From NCBI GenBank assembly GCA_000934665.2, contig KZ538082.1:62001-126000 (forward strand): 64,000 bases of DNA, written 5' to 3'. Both the position numbers and the translations under genes were made by a program. This DNA comes from Catajapyx aquilonaris (taxonomy: Eukaryota). The notes below the pieces were generated by a model. The model was given only the letters and a program-made list of their open reading frames with translations, had not been told where the DNA came from and did no database searches. Below are positions 1 through 11,200 of the stretch, one piece after another (the stretch's first letter is position 1; each line of letters begins with the position of its first letter).

Positions 1-60
1 GTATTTAGAGTAACCTATGACTTGGACAGAGTTTGACATACCTAATTACAGTATCGTCAG

Positions 61-336
61 GTGGCCATTGTGAAGAACATCCCAAGTGTGTGTGCCGCAC
101 TATACAGACTCAAGCACCTGATCAAGATCACCCCTATCACTTTCCCTAATGGGCTACCTGAAGAAGGCGACTACCTGGGAACAGAACTAAGGGAGAATGG
201 AGAGTTTGTTGTGTCACAGAAGCTGAAGGTGGATCCAAAAATGTTGGAGGAGCCAAGTGAGGAAAAGAAGCGATACACTATGGACAAAGACACCTTGAAA
301 AGGAGGCTTATGCTTGAGTGGAACAATCCTTGGTGA
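61..336 (+). CDS. MRPL30: Mitochondrial 39S ribosomal protein L30, final coding exon (5' part lies outside the window)
   Basis: Acceptor CAG at 58-60. The translation VAIVKNIPSVCAALYRLKHLIKITPITFPNGLPEEGDY... resembles the metazoan mRpL30 C-terminal half (KNIPSV...KHL+KI.P+.FP.GLP). Stop TGA at 334-336 and AATAAA at ~369-374. Confidence 0.88.
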   Translation: MAIVKNIPSVCAALYRLKHLIKITPITFPNGLPEEGDYLGTELRENGEFVVSQKLKVDPKMLEEPSEEKKRYTMDKDTLKRRLMLEWNNPW

Positions 337-474
337 AGTGAGAGTAACATGATGGCATCTCTAGTTATGAATAAATAATAATTGTACTCTTTAATTTTAC
401 CATGGATTGTCATATTTGCATTGAGGCATGTGTTAGGGCAAAGAGTACATATTTAGCTTTATAAATGATGATTA

Positions 475-838
475 GGGGAGACTTGGTGGCTGAGATGGTA
501 ACGTCTCAGCTTGCTGAGTGAAAGGTCCCAGGTTCGAACCCCACCCAGGAGTTCCCATTTCCCATTTCCCTGCGTCAGGAGGGTCTCTGACTCGTGCCTT
601 GGAGGCCTCGGGCAACCTAGCCTCCAGGGGGACTGCACATGACCCATTTTCTGACATTGCACCCGCACCCGTGTCTCTTCCCCCCAAAAATCCCATCCTA
701 ACTCCATGTCCTTTCTTCCTTGCACTGGAGTTGAAGAAAAGTATAACAAAATTGAATTTAAGGTGGTTCTCCACCCCCCTAAAAGAGCTCCGTTAGAGCT
801 CTCTAATAGGGTAATGTTAAAAACAACAACAACAACCA
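475..838 (+). mobile_element. tRNA-derived SINE
   Basis: tRNA-like head with A box (TGGCTGAGATGG) and B box (GGTTCGAACCC), an unrelated body and a (CAA)n tail at ~820-838. Flanked by the 7-bp direct repeat ATGATTA (468-474 and 839-845), read as a TSD. Confidence 0.8.
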
Positions 839-1333
839 ATGATTATGTGTGATGTTGAATTTTCAGAGATGACAAGGTCAATTTTTATAACATAAGAATG
901 AGACTGGTTGTCAATTGCAATATGCCATGTGATGGGGTATGTCACAGTGTGCAGTCATGTACAGACTATTATTGATTTCATTTAGTGCCAGTTTCAGTGA
1001 ACAAAAGCTATATATACAAGGCACCATCAAATATGGCTGTTGAAACCATTGGGCTAAAAATGATTCACAATCTAATATTGTTACCTGTGGACGTTTTAAA
1101 TTTTAAATATCATTATCTGCACTATTTCTAGTTTTAAGTCTCTGTTGATTGCGCTTCTTGTGCAATTGTTGGGGAAAGAAGTACAGCAAATATCTGCTCA
1201 TGCACTCTTGAATTTATGAGCACTACCAATTCAATACCTTAAGCTTTGTAGCACCAAGAGCTAATGGTAGCACACATTAGTGTCCTATTCATTTCTGGTA
1301 GGATTTTAAAATTCCATAACTTTTTATGCATGG

Positions 1334-3440
1334 GAGCAATTCCACGAAAATGTCAACATGACAGCCATGGAAAAAAAATTATCATAGGAGAAAATTTTCT
1401 CTGCACGTTCAAAGGGCATAGTCCAAATTTTATTGCAGTACACAGAGACTCTCGTTTCGTACATGTGTGAAGGTGTGGAGACGACGTACACATGTGACTC
1501 ATTTTGCATGGGTGCACAAGCTCACTGAGGAAGCACACAAAGAAACGGTCGTCGCAATTTGCACATGTGACTTGCTGAAATGTATCCGCGCAGAATAGTT
1601 ACCTACGATTATCACAGTGCAAATGTATATGCGGAAAAACTAGATTGAATATTTCCGGAGTTACACGGACCAATAATCAGTCACCCCTCCCTAGAACGGG
1701 TAACGTCCGTAATGAGAACACGACAAAGTTCCTGTCACATGGAGGGTAAGTTGTCGATCGCCACCATTCTTCGTATCTAATTTTGGGTCATCAAGGGAAA
1801 TGATGTGATGACACAATTTCCTGAAATTAATGTCCATTAATTGGGCTAATGTGCGTTACGGACGTTAGCTGTTACGTCCGTAACGGAACTTGCTCGATAT
1901 CTAACTGCATCCAAAATGAATAAACATGAACATAATCAAGACCACACAATGCAATCATATCATGCCAATTAAAATGCGGCGATTAAATGCGCCAATTAAA
2001 TACGGAAATTAAATATGTAATGCACAGTTTTGTAGTAGGAATCAGATCATAATAAACTTTTGAAAAAGTGGAAGGGTTGTAAATTGCAACAGTGCAAGGT
2101 TTAGGACCGGACGGGAAAGAGGAGGGTCACTCTCAGATTAGGACGACCGGGTCCTCGCCTCGGGCTTGTACCAGCTGGGGAAGTGAGGCTCCGAAAATAA
2201 GCTGATGAATTTTTTTATGGGTGACTCTTTTTGCATTTTTGACAGCAAATATGAATTCTAAGGTGTCGAAAACCTATATATTTTCATACTTGATTCGTAT
2301 CAGGCATGTCACAAATAGGCCACGTGCAATTGCGAAATGAAATTCTTTCATCTGCACATCAAGTTTTTCTTTACATGCACGTGGCCTATTTGTGACATGC
2401 CTGATACGAATCAAGTATGAAAATACAGTATAGGTTTTCGACACCTTAGAATTCATATTTGCTGTCAAAAATGCAAAAAGAGTCACCCTTAAAAAATTCA
2501 TCCGCTTATTTTCGGAGCCTCACTTCCCCAGCTGGTACAAGCCCGAGGCGAGGACCCGGTCGTCCTAATCTGAGAGTGACCCTCCTCTTTCCCGTCCGGT
2601 CCTAAACCTTGCACTGTTGCAATTTACAACCCTTCCACTTTTTCAAAAGTTTATTATGATCTGATTCCTACTTATATGTCATACGCATTTTTTTGTATGC
2701 CCACATTTTCATGTCATACCAATAATGATCATACCCTTTTTTGTGTCACATTTTTGTATGTCATGCATATTTTAGCATGTGATGCACATTGTCTGAGCTT
2801 GCTGACATGATTGATGACGAATGTATGTTTTTGGTTTAAATTATGACCCTCCATTACAGTGTCCATTATTAGTAAAAAGAACATATACTGTAACCTGTTT
2901 CGTTAACCAAATCACATTAAAGTATATACTGAGTTGTTTCATATTATATGTATGCCACGCACAGTACTTCGATTCGACTTGTAAAACCTATTTAGTAAGG
3001 TGTTGTTACGCCCGTGTCGATCGGGTAACGTCCGTAACGCCGGGATAACGTCCGTAACGCAGGAACATTTGTCCATTGTTGGCGAACTATGGCTGCAATT
3101 GCTCTACGAGTCAAGTCATTATACGAACACACCGTTCTTGCAATGGACCCTGTAGAAGAAAGTTCCATAACCTTACATAATTCGCAGGAATTTCGTATAC
3201 TTGAACCCCCCTCGTATTAGGGTGTTCAAATCAGGTAACGTCCGTAACGAGCACAAAAACGCGACTGTCCCTCTCGTGTGTATATGTAGGAGATCGGTTC
3301 ATGTTGTATATGAAAGTACACATCCTTATTGTTCCTTTGGCCATACCCATTTCATCATCACTCGCATGCACCATCGTGGAAGCAGCCATCTTTCCCCCTT
3401 TGCGCTTGCGATGATAACGTCCGTAACGCTGGAATTGCTC
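1334..3440. mobile_element. Non-autonomous DNA transposon, Sola2-like
   Basis: 11-bp TIRs GAGCAATTCCA (1334-1344) and TGGAATTGCTC (3430-3440), with a perfect 4-bp TSD ATGG (1330-1333, 3441-3444). About seven internal TAACGTCCGTAA(C) motifs. GAG termini plus a 4-bp TSD fit Sola2. No transposase ORF. Confidence 0.78.
2034..2672. mobile_element. Foldback/MITE-like long inverted repeat nested in the Sola2-like element
   Basis: Arms at 2034-2328 and 2376-2672 (~295 bp) are near-perfect reverse complements (a few substitutions and small indels) around a 47-bp spacer. Confidence 0.85.
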
Positions 3441-3591
3441 ATGGGGTAAGTAGACAAATCCCAGGTCATGATGTGTCATTCTAAAATACCAAAAGCTGCA
3501 ACATAATCTCTGCATGCTGGTGGGACTCCACATACCCATGCTGCCCTGAGTTATAGGTGGAAATTCTAACTAAGCTTAATAGATGAATGTA

Positions 3592-3820
3592 CAGTCCCAA
3601 GGGTAAAGTTGGAGACAGCAGGCCAAGCAGCAGGCCCTCCCTTTCGGCAGGGTGCTCTGCCAATCCCCGCCATTACGGTATCAAGTATACTGTTATAAAT
3701 ACACAAACAGGCAAACACACACCTAAAGCAGCTACTGCCCAAAAATAGTCCATTAATTTGAGTCGGGTAAAAGAAGGCCAGAGAAGGCCCGCAGAGTCTC
3801 CAACTTTATGCTCGAGGCTG
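3592..3820. mobile_element. Tc1/mariner-type MITE
   Basis: TA|CAGTCCCAAGGGTAAAGTTGGAGAC ... GTCTCCAACTTTATGCTCGAGGCTG|TA: imperfect 25-bp TIRs with a TA TSD. Confidence 0.7.
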
Positions 3821-3872
3821 TACATTGTGTTCCAAGTATTGGAGTCTTTTTAGTCATTTTAGTGCAGAAGCT

Positions 3873-4403
3873 CAGTGACGTATTTAGCCTTTTGCCGCCC
3901 CTAGGCATAACCCCCCCACCCCCCNTGTTTTTTAGGTCCGAGATTTGGGGAAATTCCGCAATTTGGGGATTTCAAGGCCAAATATCTCGAAATTTGTTGT
4001 TTCAAATTATTTTGAAATCAAGTTGAATCAAGTACTTAGCAAAATCCAGTGAACTTCATCTTGGGGGCAGGCTATACATTTTCTATGCCGCTCCAAGGTG
4101 AATCGGCCGATGCCCAGGCAAGTAAGGGTGAAAGTCGCCTGTAGATCCTGCACAGATCCCCACTGTCCTAGGGGGGAAGGGTGCACGCGACTTTCGCCTT
4201 ACTGGTCTCGAGCATCGGGCGATTCATCTTGGGGCGGCACATGAACGGTGACGCCATAAAGTCTTGCATAAAGTGCATATTTTCACACGCGTCAAAATTT
4301 TCTCCTCGATAAAATTATCTTGACTCTAAGGCGGCAAATTTTGCCGCCCCCCAAAATTTGCCGCCCTAGGCACGTGCCTACTTGGCCTAATTGGTAATCA
4401 CTG
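3873..4403. mobile_element. Non-autonomous hAT element
   Basis: Termini CAGTGA...TCACTG, perfect 8-bp TSD CAGAAGCT (3865-3872, 4404-4411) and subterminal TTTGCCGCCC repeats. Confidence 0.8.
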
Positions 4404-5245
4404 CAGAAGCTGTCATTTTGTGCAGGTTTTTAATGACCCTCTTAAGGTGTCCAATATTAAATTGAGATGTGTGGTTGAATATAGCAACTGGTGATACTTG
4501 TAGAAAGAGAAAGATGAGCTACACGAAAGTAAGGGCAAGTGCCAATAATGAAAAGGACCGAAATGCACGGTTTAATGATAAAATTAGCCTAAATGGCATA
4601 TGTGGCTTTTGACCAACATTTAGAGGCACATGGAAATGAGTTCACTGGACCCCCACTGAATATTGGAGTGTTTCTGTGTGAGTGGTTATGCCTTATGCAA
4701 GTATAGCCAAGAGCTCTTGGTATAGCATACAAGGGATGTCTGAAGAATTTGATAACCTAATTGCAGAAGCGGTATCAGTCACAGGTAACGAAATACATTT
4801 TAAATGTTTCCTCTTCAAGACTGCATATGAGTGTGGCAAGTTGGGTCCGCGATATCCTTTCAATACCGTATTCAAATACGGTGCTGTGAAGTCAACCAGT
4901 GTTTGTTTGGGAAGTTCGGAGAGATGGCGCGAAAGGCGGAAGAGGCCGGCAGGTGGTGCCCTCCTGCGACGGTAGTGAGCACTGCTCGCAGAATGGTGGA
5001 GTGGGGAAGGAGGGTGCGGGGGGAGGCAAGAGCATCGCATCGAATCAGCGGCGCAGGGTACGCGAGGCAGGAGGGGAAGGGGGGAGGGGAGGGGGGAATA
5101 GAGGAGGAAGGTGGGGGGTGGTGGTGGGGTGCAAACCCTCTCGTCTGCTGCTGCTGCTGCTTCCCTCCCTGCTCCCTTCCCCCTCCTCCTGTCCCCCATC
5201 TACCCCCCCCGCCCCCCGATCACACAGCACCCCCGTCCGTTCAAA

Positions 5246-8200
5246 ATGGCGACGAGCAGCTCTTCCCTTCAGAACAAGATGCAGAACCTCAGGAACCGGC
5301 TGCAGGAGGAGAACGAGGCCAGGGAGAGGGACAGGCTGGCCAGCCTCGACATCGGAGGGGACGGAGGATGCCCCCCTGGAGGAGGAGGAGGAGGAGGATG
5401 CCCGGGAGGAATCGGGGGAGGAGGGCCCTCGCCTCCGTATCACACCGGGAACAAGCCCAGACCCCGTCAGTCTCACTCATTCATTCTCTCTCTAGTTGTC
5501 TACGGACACACGCTCCTATCGTGCACTTGTCGGCTACACAGAAAGAGCCACTCATGAGAACCTGGGCAATGGGGGTGATACCACCATAACGGGGGGGATA
5601 ACGTTGTGCACACCATGTCACACGCTTAGCCATAGGAAGTGCATGTCACTATAGTTGGACAGCACATGCCCATTTGCTCAGTTACACACTGCGTAAGGGA
5701 ACTGACAAGTCAAACACTAGCCAGATTATGCCACCAAACTTTTATGCAATGTGTTGTGGCAGTAAACTTTACTTTGTGATGCTGTACTGTACACATGTTT
5801 ATATTTAACAGTCACTTGTGCCCTACCCAGTTATTTCCTGCAAATGTGCAAGGGTTTGTTATTCGCTGAGAAACTTGAATGGACCACTTGAAAAATTTAC
5901 TTGCCGAAAATGCCTTCAGTTCCTGTTGAAGGATCCTATTGGCATCCATCAAAATAGGAGTTACAGTAGTCAATCAGTTTTTTGNGTGATACCACCATAA
6001 CGGGGGGATAACGTTGTGCACACCATGTCACACGCTTAGCAATAGGAAGTGCATGTCACTATAGTTGGACAGCACATGCCCATTTGCTCAGTTACACACT
6101 GCGTAAGGGAACTGACAAGTCAAACACTAGCCAGATTATGCCACCAAACTTTTATGCAATGTGTTGTGGCAGTAAACTTTACTTTGTGATGCTGTACTGT
6201 ACACATGTTTATATTTAACAGTCACTTGTGCCCTACCCAGTTATTTCCTGCAAATGTGCAAGGGTTTGTTATTCGCTGAGAAACTTGAATGGACCACTTG
6301 AAAAATTTACTTGCCGAAAATGCCTTCAGTTCCTGTTGAAGGATCCTATTGGCATCCATCAAAATAGGAGTTACAGTAGTCAATCAGTTTTTTGGGGGAA
6401 TACAAACAAACTGACATTAGCCCTGATGTTTTTGGGTGCACAGGTGTCATATAATTTTGCATGTGCACAATAATAATGTTATTCTCCCCTGTGGCTGTTG
6501 TTGGGAATGTCCAACCATCCCTAATATGTGTGTGGAGATTGCATTTTTTATACGCAAGAATTTCATAGCATTTGCCAAGTGAACTATTGAAGGTGTGTTC
6601 GCAAGCTCATAGGTATTGGTGTTAGTGTGAGCAAGAATGTGGGGCCAACTATTGAACCTCATTATCCAGCGTCATTCATGGATTCCTACAGAACAATGGG
6701 GTTCATTCTTGTTTTTGCTAAGGCCAATTCTCAAGCTTGGGAACACACAGGAATTTCTGCTTGGAATTGTTACTTTTTATCTCGCTTGAAATATGCAGAC
6801 TTGTTCTCTCCATTTCTGACTACATTTACAGGCAAATTATTATGATTGCTTGAAGTTGGCAGTTACGTAATATTTTGTAACATGGGTGAGACTTGAAATA
6901 TTTCTTCAGCAGTACAGGTACTCTCCGATTCGCATAAGTCCGAACCTGTTTGGAAATCCATACGCCTGAAAGTAGTGCCCACCATGCCGGACCATACCGC
7001 TCCTCACAACAAAATGTGCAGTTTGTGTAGTGCTTCAGGTACCTCACGGGCTGCCCATGATAATTAGGCATTCTAATTACATGTACCAGCACTGTTTCTT
7101 CGAGAAAGCCAGCAATACCGGGGACTAATTTTGCGGCTAATCACCCCCTCGAGCGTTTGTATACCTGAAAAAGTTCGGACTTATGCGAATGGGAGAGTAG
7201 TTCCTGGTTTACGAATGACCCGACTTAAGGTGATGTGTACTTATGAACGGGCTTGCAAGTTCCCGAGAAGGATACTTTATAATTATCCCTCCACTGTCAA
7301 TCACTTCTGTGTACATTGACCAACACCAAGTTCAACGTAAATGCTGTATAATTAATAAGTTATAAATGGTAAACTGCTTCTTCTGTTCATGTAAACAAAC
7401 ACACATGACATAAGCAGTTCATTGTGTAGCAGCATCTTGATGTTGTGTATATGCGCTGTTCCTCAGGGATCCCAGTTATGTACAAATCTGACTTATGGAC
7501 ATTTTCAGGAACAGAAGTCCTTTTGTTGGGGACATGCTGTTATGCTCCTGTAATGTTGTAGCACACAACATTTTTTGAGAATTGAGCATTAACAAGTGCC
7601 AGTACTTTAAAAAATTCAACTTGAGGTAATGGGTTACTTGCTCTCTTCAATTGTTTACCAACACTAGAGAAAATTAGTGACTCCTAAGTATCATCATGTA
7701 AGGGATAAAATTGCAGCCAAAGGATGACTTCATTTTGTTTCCATATATGGAGCGTTTGTGTTTCAGGTGACACAGGTTGACTTTTTGTCAGTGTTGATGA
7801 GTAAAATTACAGGAATCATGTCTTCTTACATTGCTTAATTTGTTAAAGTTCCATGGCTAATTGTCATTAGTGTCACTGCTAGAATTTTCTTAGCTGGAAT
7901 TATTGAAGGATATGACCTTGGAAGCTTGAAAGATAACCCATTATCTGTACGGGGGTAAATATGGAGATTTTTATTTAATATGAGACAAAAAAAGCAGTCC
8001 ATAGCCTGAGATATAATGGTATGTGTACACACCTTTTATCAGGGCTCCAGAGCTGAGAACAATTGGAAATTGCACAGTAAATTATGGGCTTAGTGACAGA
8101 AGTGACACTTTTACAGCACATTGTTTAGCATTTGTTGGATTTGCTAGACTCTGGAGCATGCTGATAAGCAATTTTATGTTGGTTTTTGGTGTTGGTGAAC

Positions 8201-11200
8201 CTGGCAATGCTCATCTGCTTTTCTTTTGTTCGTTCCAGTACCAACGCTAGGGAATTTCGTGGGTCCTGGACGGCCTGATGGCTTGCCTGGCAGGAAAATT
8301 AGGCCTGGAAACCTACCTGTCAATTTCTCACCTCAGATGAGGAACCAAGAGGCCAACGAGATTGAGGCCAAGCTTCAGGAGATCATGAAGCTCACTGGAG
8401 TGCTGAATATGGATGGGAAGGTAACGAGATTATATTTACCAACCTGAAAACTGCCACTGAAAATGGTTTTTATTCTTTCAGCGTTATCACACAGACATAA
8501 AAGACTTGGAGCACATGGGTGAGCTGGGTACCGGAACATGTGGTCACGTGGTAAAAATGCTTCATCAACAAAGTGGGAAAGTCATTGCAGTTAAGGTGAG
8601 TTGAAGTAAAGCTGCATGTGAGGCAAACTCTGCATATAAATTCTTGCACAAAATTTGCACCAAAATTTCATGTCAAAACAACCAAGGCTTATTTGCTCTG
8701 TAAAGACAGACGTGGAGCAACATTCTTGTTGTGATAGAACATTATGATAGAAATCCTATACATGTTGGACCACCCTGGATACTCGGCACTACAAGTGGTT
8801 GAAATAATTCTTTCAGCAAATGAGAAGATCAGGGAACAGGGAGGAGAACAAGCGGATCATAATGGATCTGGAAGTTGTGTTGAAGTCACATGACTGTCCC
8901 TACATAGTTCAGTGCCTGGGGTGCTTCATCACTGACTGTGACGTATGGATATGCATGGAGCTCATGGCTACCTGCATGGACAAACTGCTCAAACGACTCA
9001 ACCAACCCATCCCAGAAGATATTCTGGGAAAATTAGCTGTAGCTGTGAGTTTGAAAGCCTGTCATTTCTGGTGACTTCACTTTCCCTATGTGACGTCATT
9101 ATTATACTTGTAATTTTTTTCAGACTGTGAAAGCACTTCACTACCTGAAGGAGTCACATGGTGTGATTCACAGAGATGTGAAGCCTTCAAATATCCTTTT
9201 AGATGAGAAAGGAATAGTCAAGTTATGTGACTTTGGCATATCAGGCAGACTTGTTGATTCTAAGGCAAAGACCAGAACAGCTGGATGTGCAGCATACATG
9301 GCGGTTAGTACAATGGCACTTTAAAATAGGCTGTTCTTCACTTTGGCCACAGAGAAACCTTGTGACTAGATCTGAGGGAGTGGGGCATGCCCTTCTGGCA
9401 ACACAGGGTGGTCTTGCTTAGATGGAGAAGCTGTCTCCGTCCGGGCAGGCTTTAGAGTGAGAAGGAGGGGAGAGGCACAGGCAGGGTTTGTGGGAGTAGC
9501 TGAAAAAATATGTCTCAGGGTGTCTGTCGGTAAGGGTAGGCACACTGATGCAGGTACTGGGAAAGGAGTATATGTGGACATATCTACACAGGGGGACACT
9601 TGCAACATGTAATTTTTTTAAATTAGTGATAGTTTAATATATTAGCGCAGCAGTAGTGTAATACTTTGTGCTTGGTATTAGTAGCATTTTATTTGCATTT
9701 CACAGCTCTGCAGCCATGGGAATGTGAATGTTACAGCAGTTGTAATATTCTGCAGAAGCTGATAAATATTTTCTCACTTTGCAGCCCGAGAGGATTGACC
9801 CTCCCGACCCAACCCGACCTGACTATGACATTCGTGCAGATGTGTGGAGCCTTGGCATCACCTTGGTGGAACTGGCAACAGGCCAGTTCCCCTACAAGGA
9901 TTGTAAAACAGACTTTGAAGTGCTGACAAAAGTCCTGCAAGATGACCCTCCCTGCCTGCCACCTAACAGGGATTTTAGCCCTGAATTCTGCACATTTGTC
10001 AAGGACTGGTAAGTTAAAGGTAGCAAGTGAAGCTGCCCAGTTGGCATTGCGATCATACGCTTGCAAATGCATTTAGATTGTACCATCACATTTTTGTCCA
10101 ATCTGGAAGTAACAATTCAATTTAACCCTAATAAGACGGGCGTCACATATGCTGTGACAGTGGCTTTAAAAAATTCTGCTGGCAAAACTTTAGCGTTTTC
10201 CCACTATGTAACGTGGTTTCTGTGTGGATTTTTTAATTTTCTGTCGCGTAAAAAATCGCGAGTTTTGAACTACAAAATCGTGCATAAATAAACCAGATTA
10301 ACCAGTTTAACTTGAATGAAATCATCTTTTTGCAGCCGCTGAAAAAAAAACTTCAAAAAATAAATAAATAAATTCGACCTTCACCAGCAAATTTTTGGCA
10401 TACATAGTTGCCCCCAAACCTCAAGAGATTACACCCTAAAATTAGTGCAAAAGAGATTCAATAGTTTAAAAATAAATAAATAAATGTTCGTAAATGCCAA
10501 TTAGCGGCTGGAAGGAGTATGCGCACTTCAACGCCGGCCTCAGTGTGGCTCGAGGGCGCAGGTCCCCCGCGCATTTTTAATGGCTGAATGTTTACATTCG
10601 TGAGGAGTTTTTTTGTTTATGACTGCTGCAAGTCTCGCAGTCCTGTGACGTAATTCATGCTATGTGTTTATGTACTGCTTTGTTCAGAGGTGCCAAGGCT
10701 ACATACCAATAATTTTTTGTCAAGCAGGCAGAGTGACAAAAAAATGTAGTAGGCGCGAAACCACCTTGTTTGCGCGTTTAAGACTTTACATCTCCGTATG
10801 AGAGGAGGGTCACATAGATAGCCTCAGGATCAAGCCTGGACACTATACGATCTTATTCACAAGTGTTTTCAAGTCTCGTCCCCCAAGTCCCAAAGAAAGT
10901 GAATTTTTTGCAGATACTTGCAAAAACACGAAAAACCACCCGTCTTATTAGGGTTAACTGTGAAGGGGAATTGAAACATCCATTGACCATCCATTAAATT
11001 TTAGTGTTTGTAGTGTTAATTCAATTGATGACTAAAACAGGCATAAAAATATGTACTGCCATGGCCAAAAGGGTGAAGGCAGAATGTGGGCATTAGTGCT
11101 TATTCTAAGGAATTGAGAGAACTCCATCAACTGGAAAAATGGGTACACATGCAAATGCACAGAAACACATTAATAAGTAATGCTGCATAAATCTTGCAGC

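Noticed and set aside
475..560. tRNA gene
   Set aside because: It has A/B boxes but no clean cloverleaf, and it continues into a SINE body with a tail and TSD.
1701..3427. CRISPR-like array of TAACGTCCGTAAC repeats
   Set aside because: The repeats are only 13 bp, irregularly spaced, in both orientations and inside a TIR/TSD-bounded element. There are no cas genes and the context is eukaryotic.
4693..5589. Several long overlapping ORFs (143-252 aa) as separate genes
   Set aside because: These are low-complexity shadows of the GC-rich MAP2K7 leader and exon 1. Only the 5246 frame splices into the kinase.
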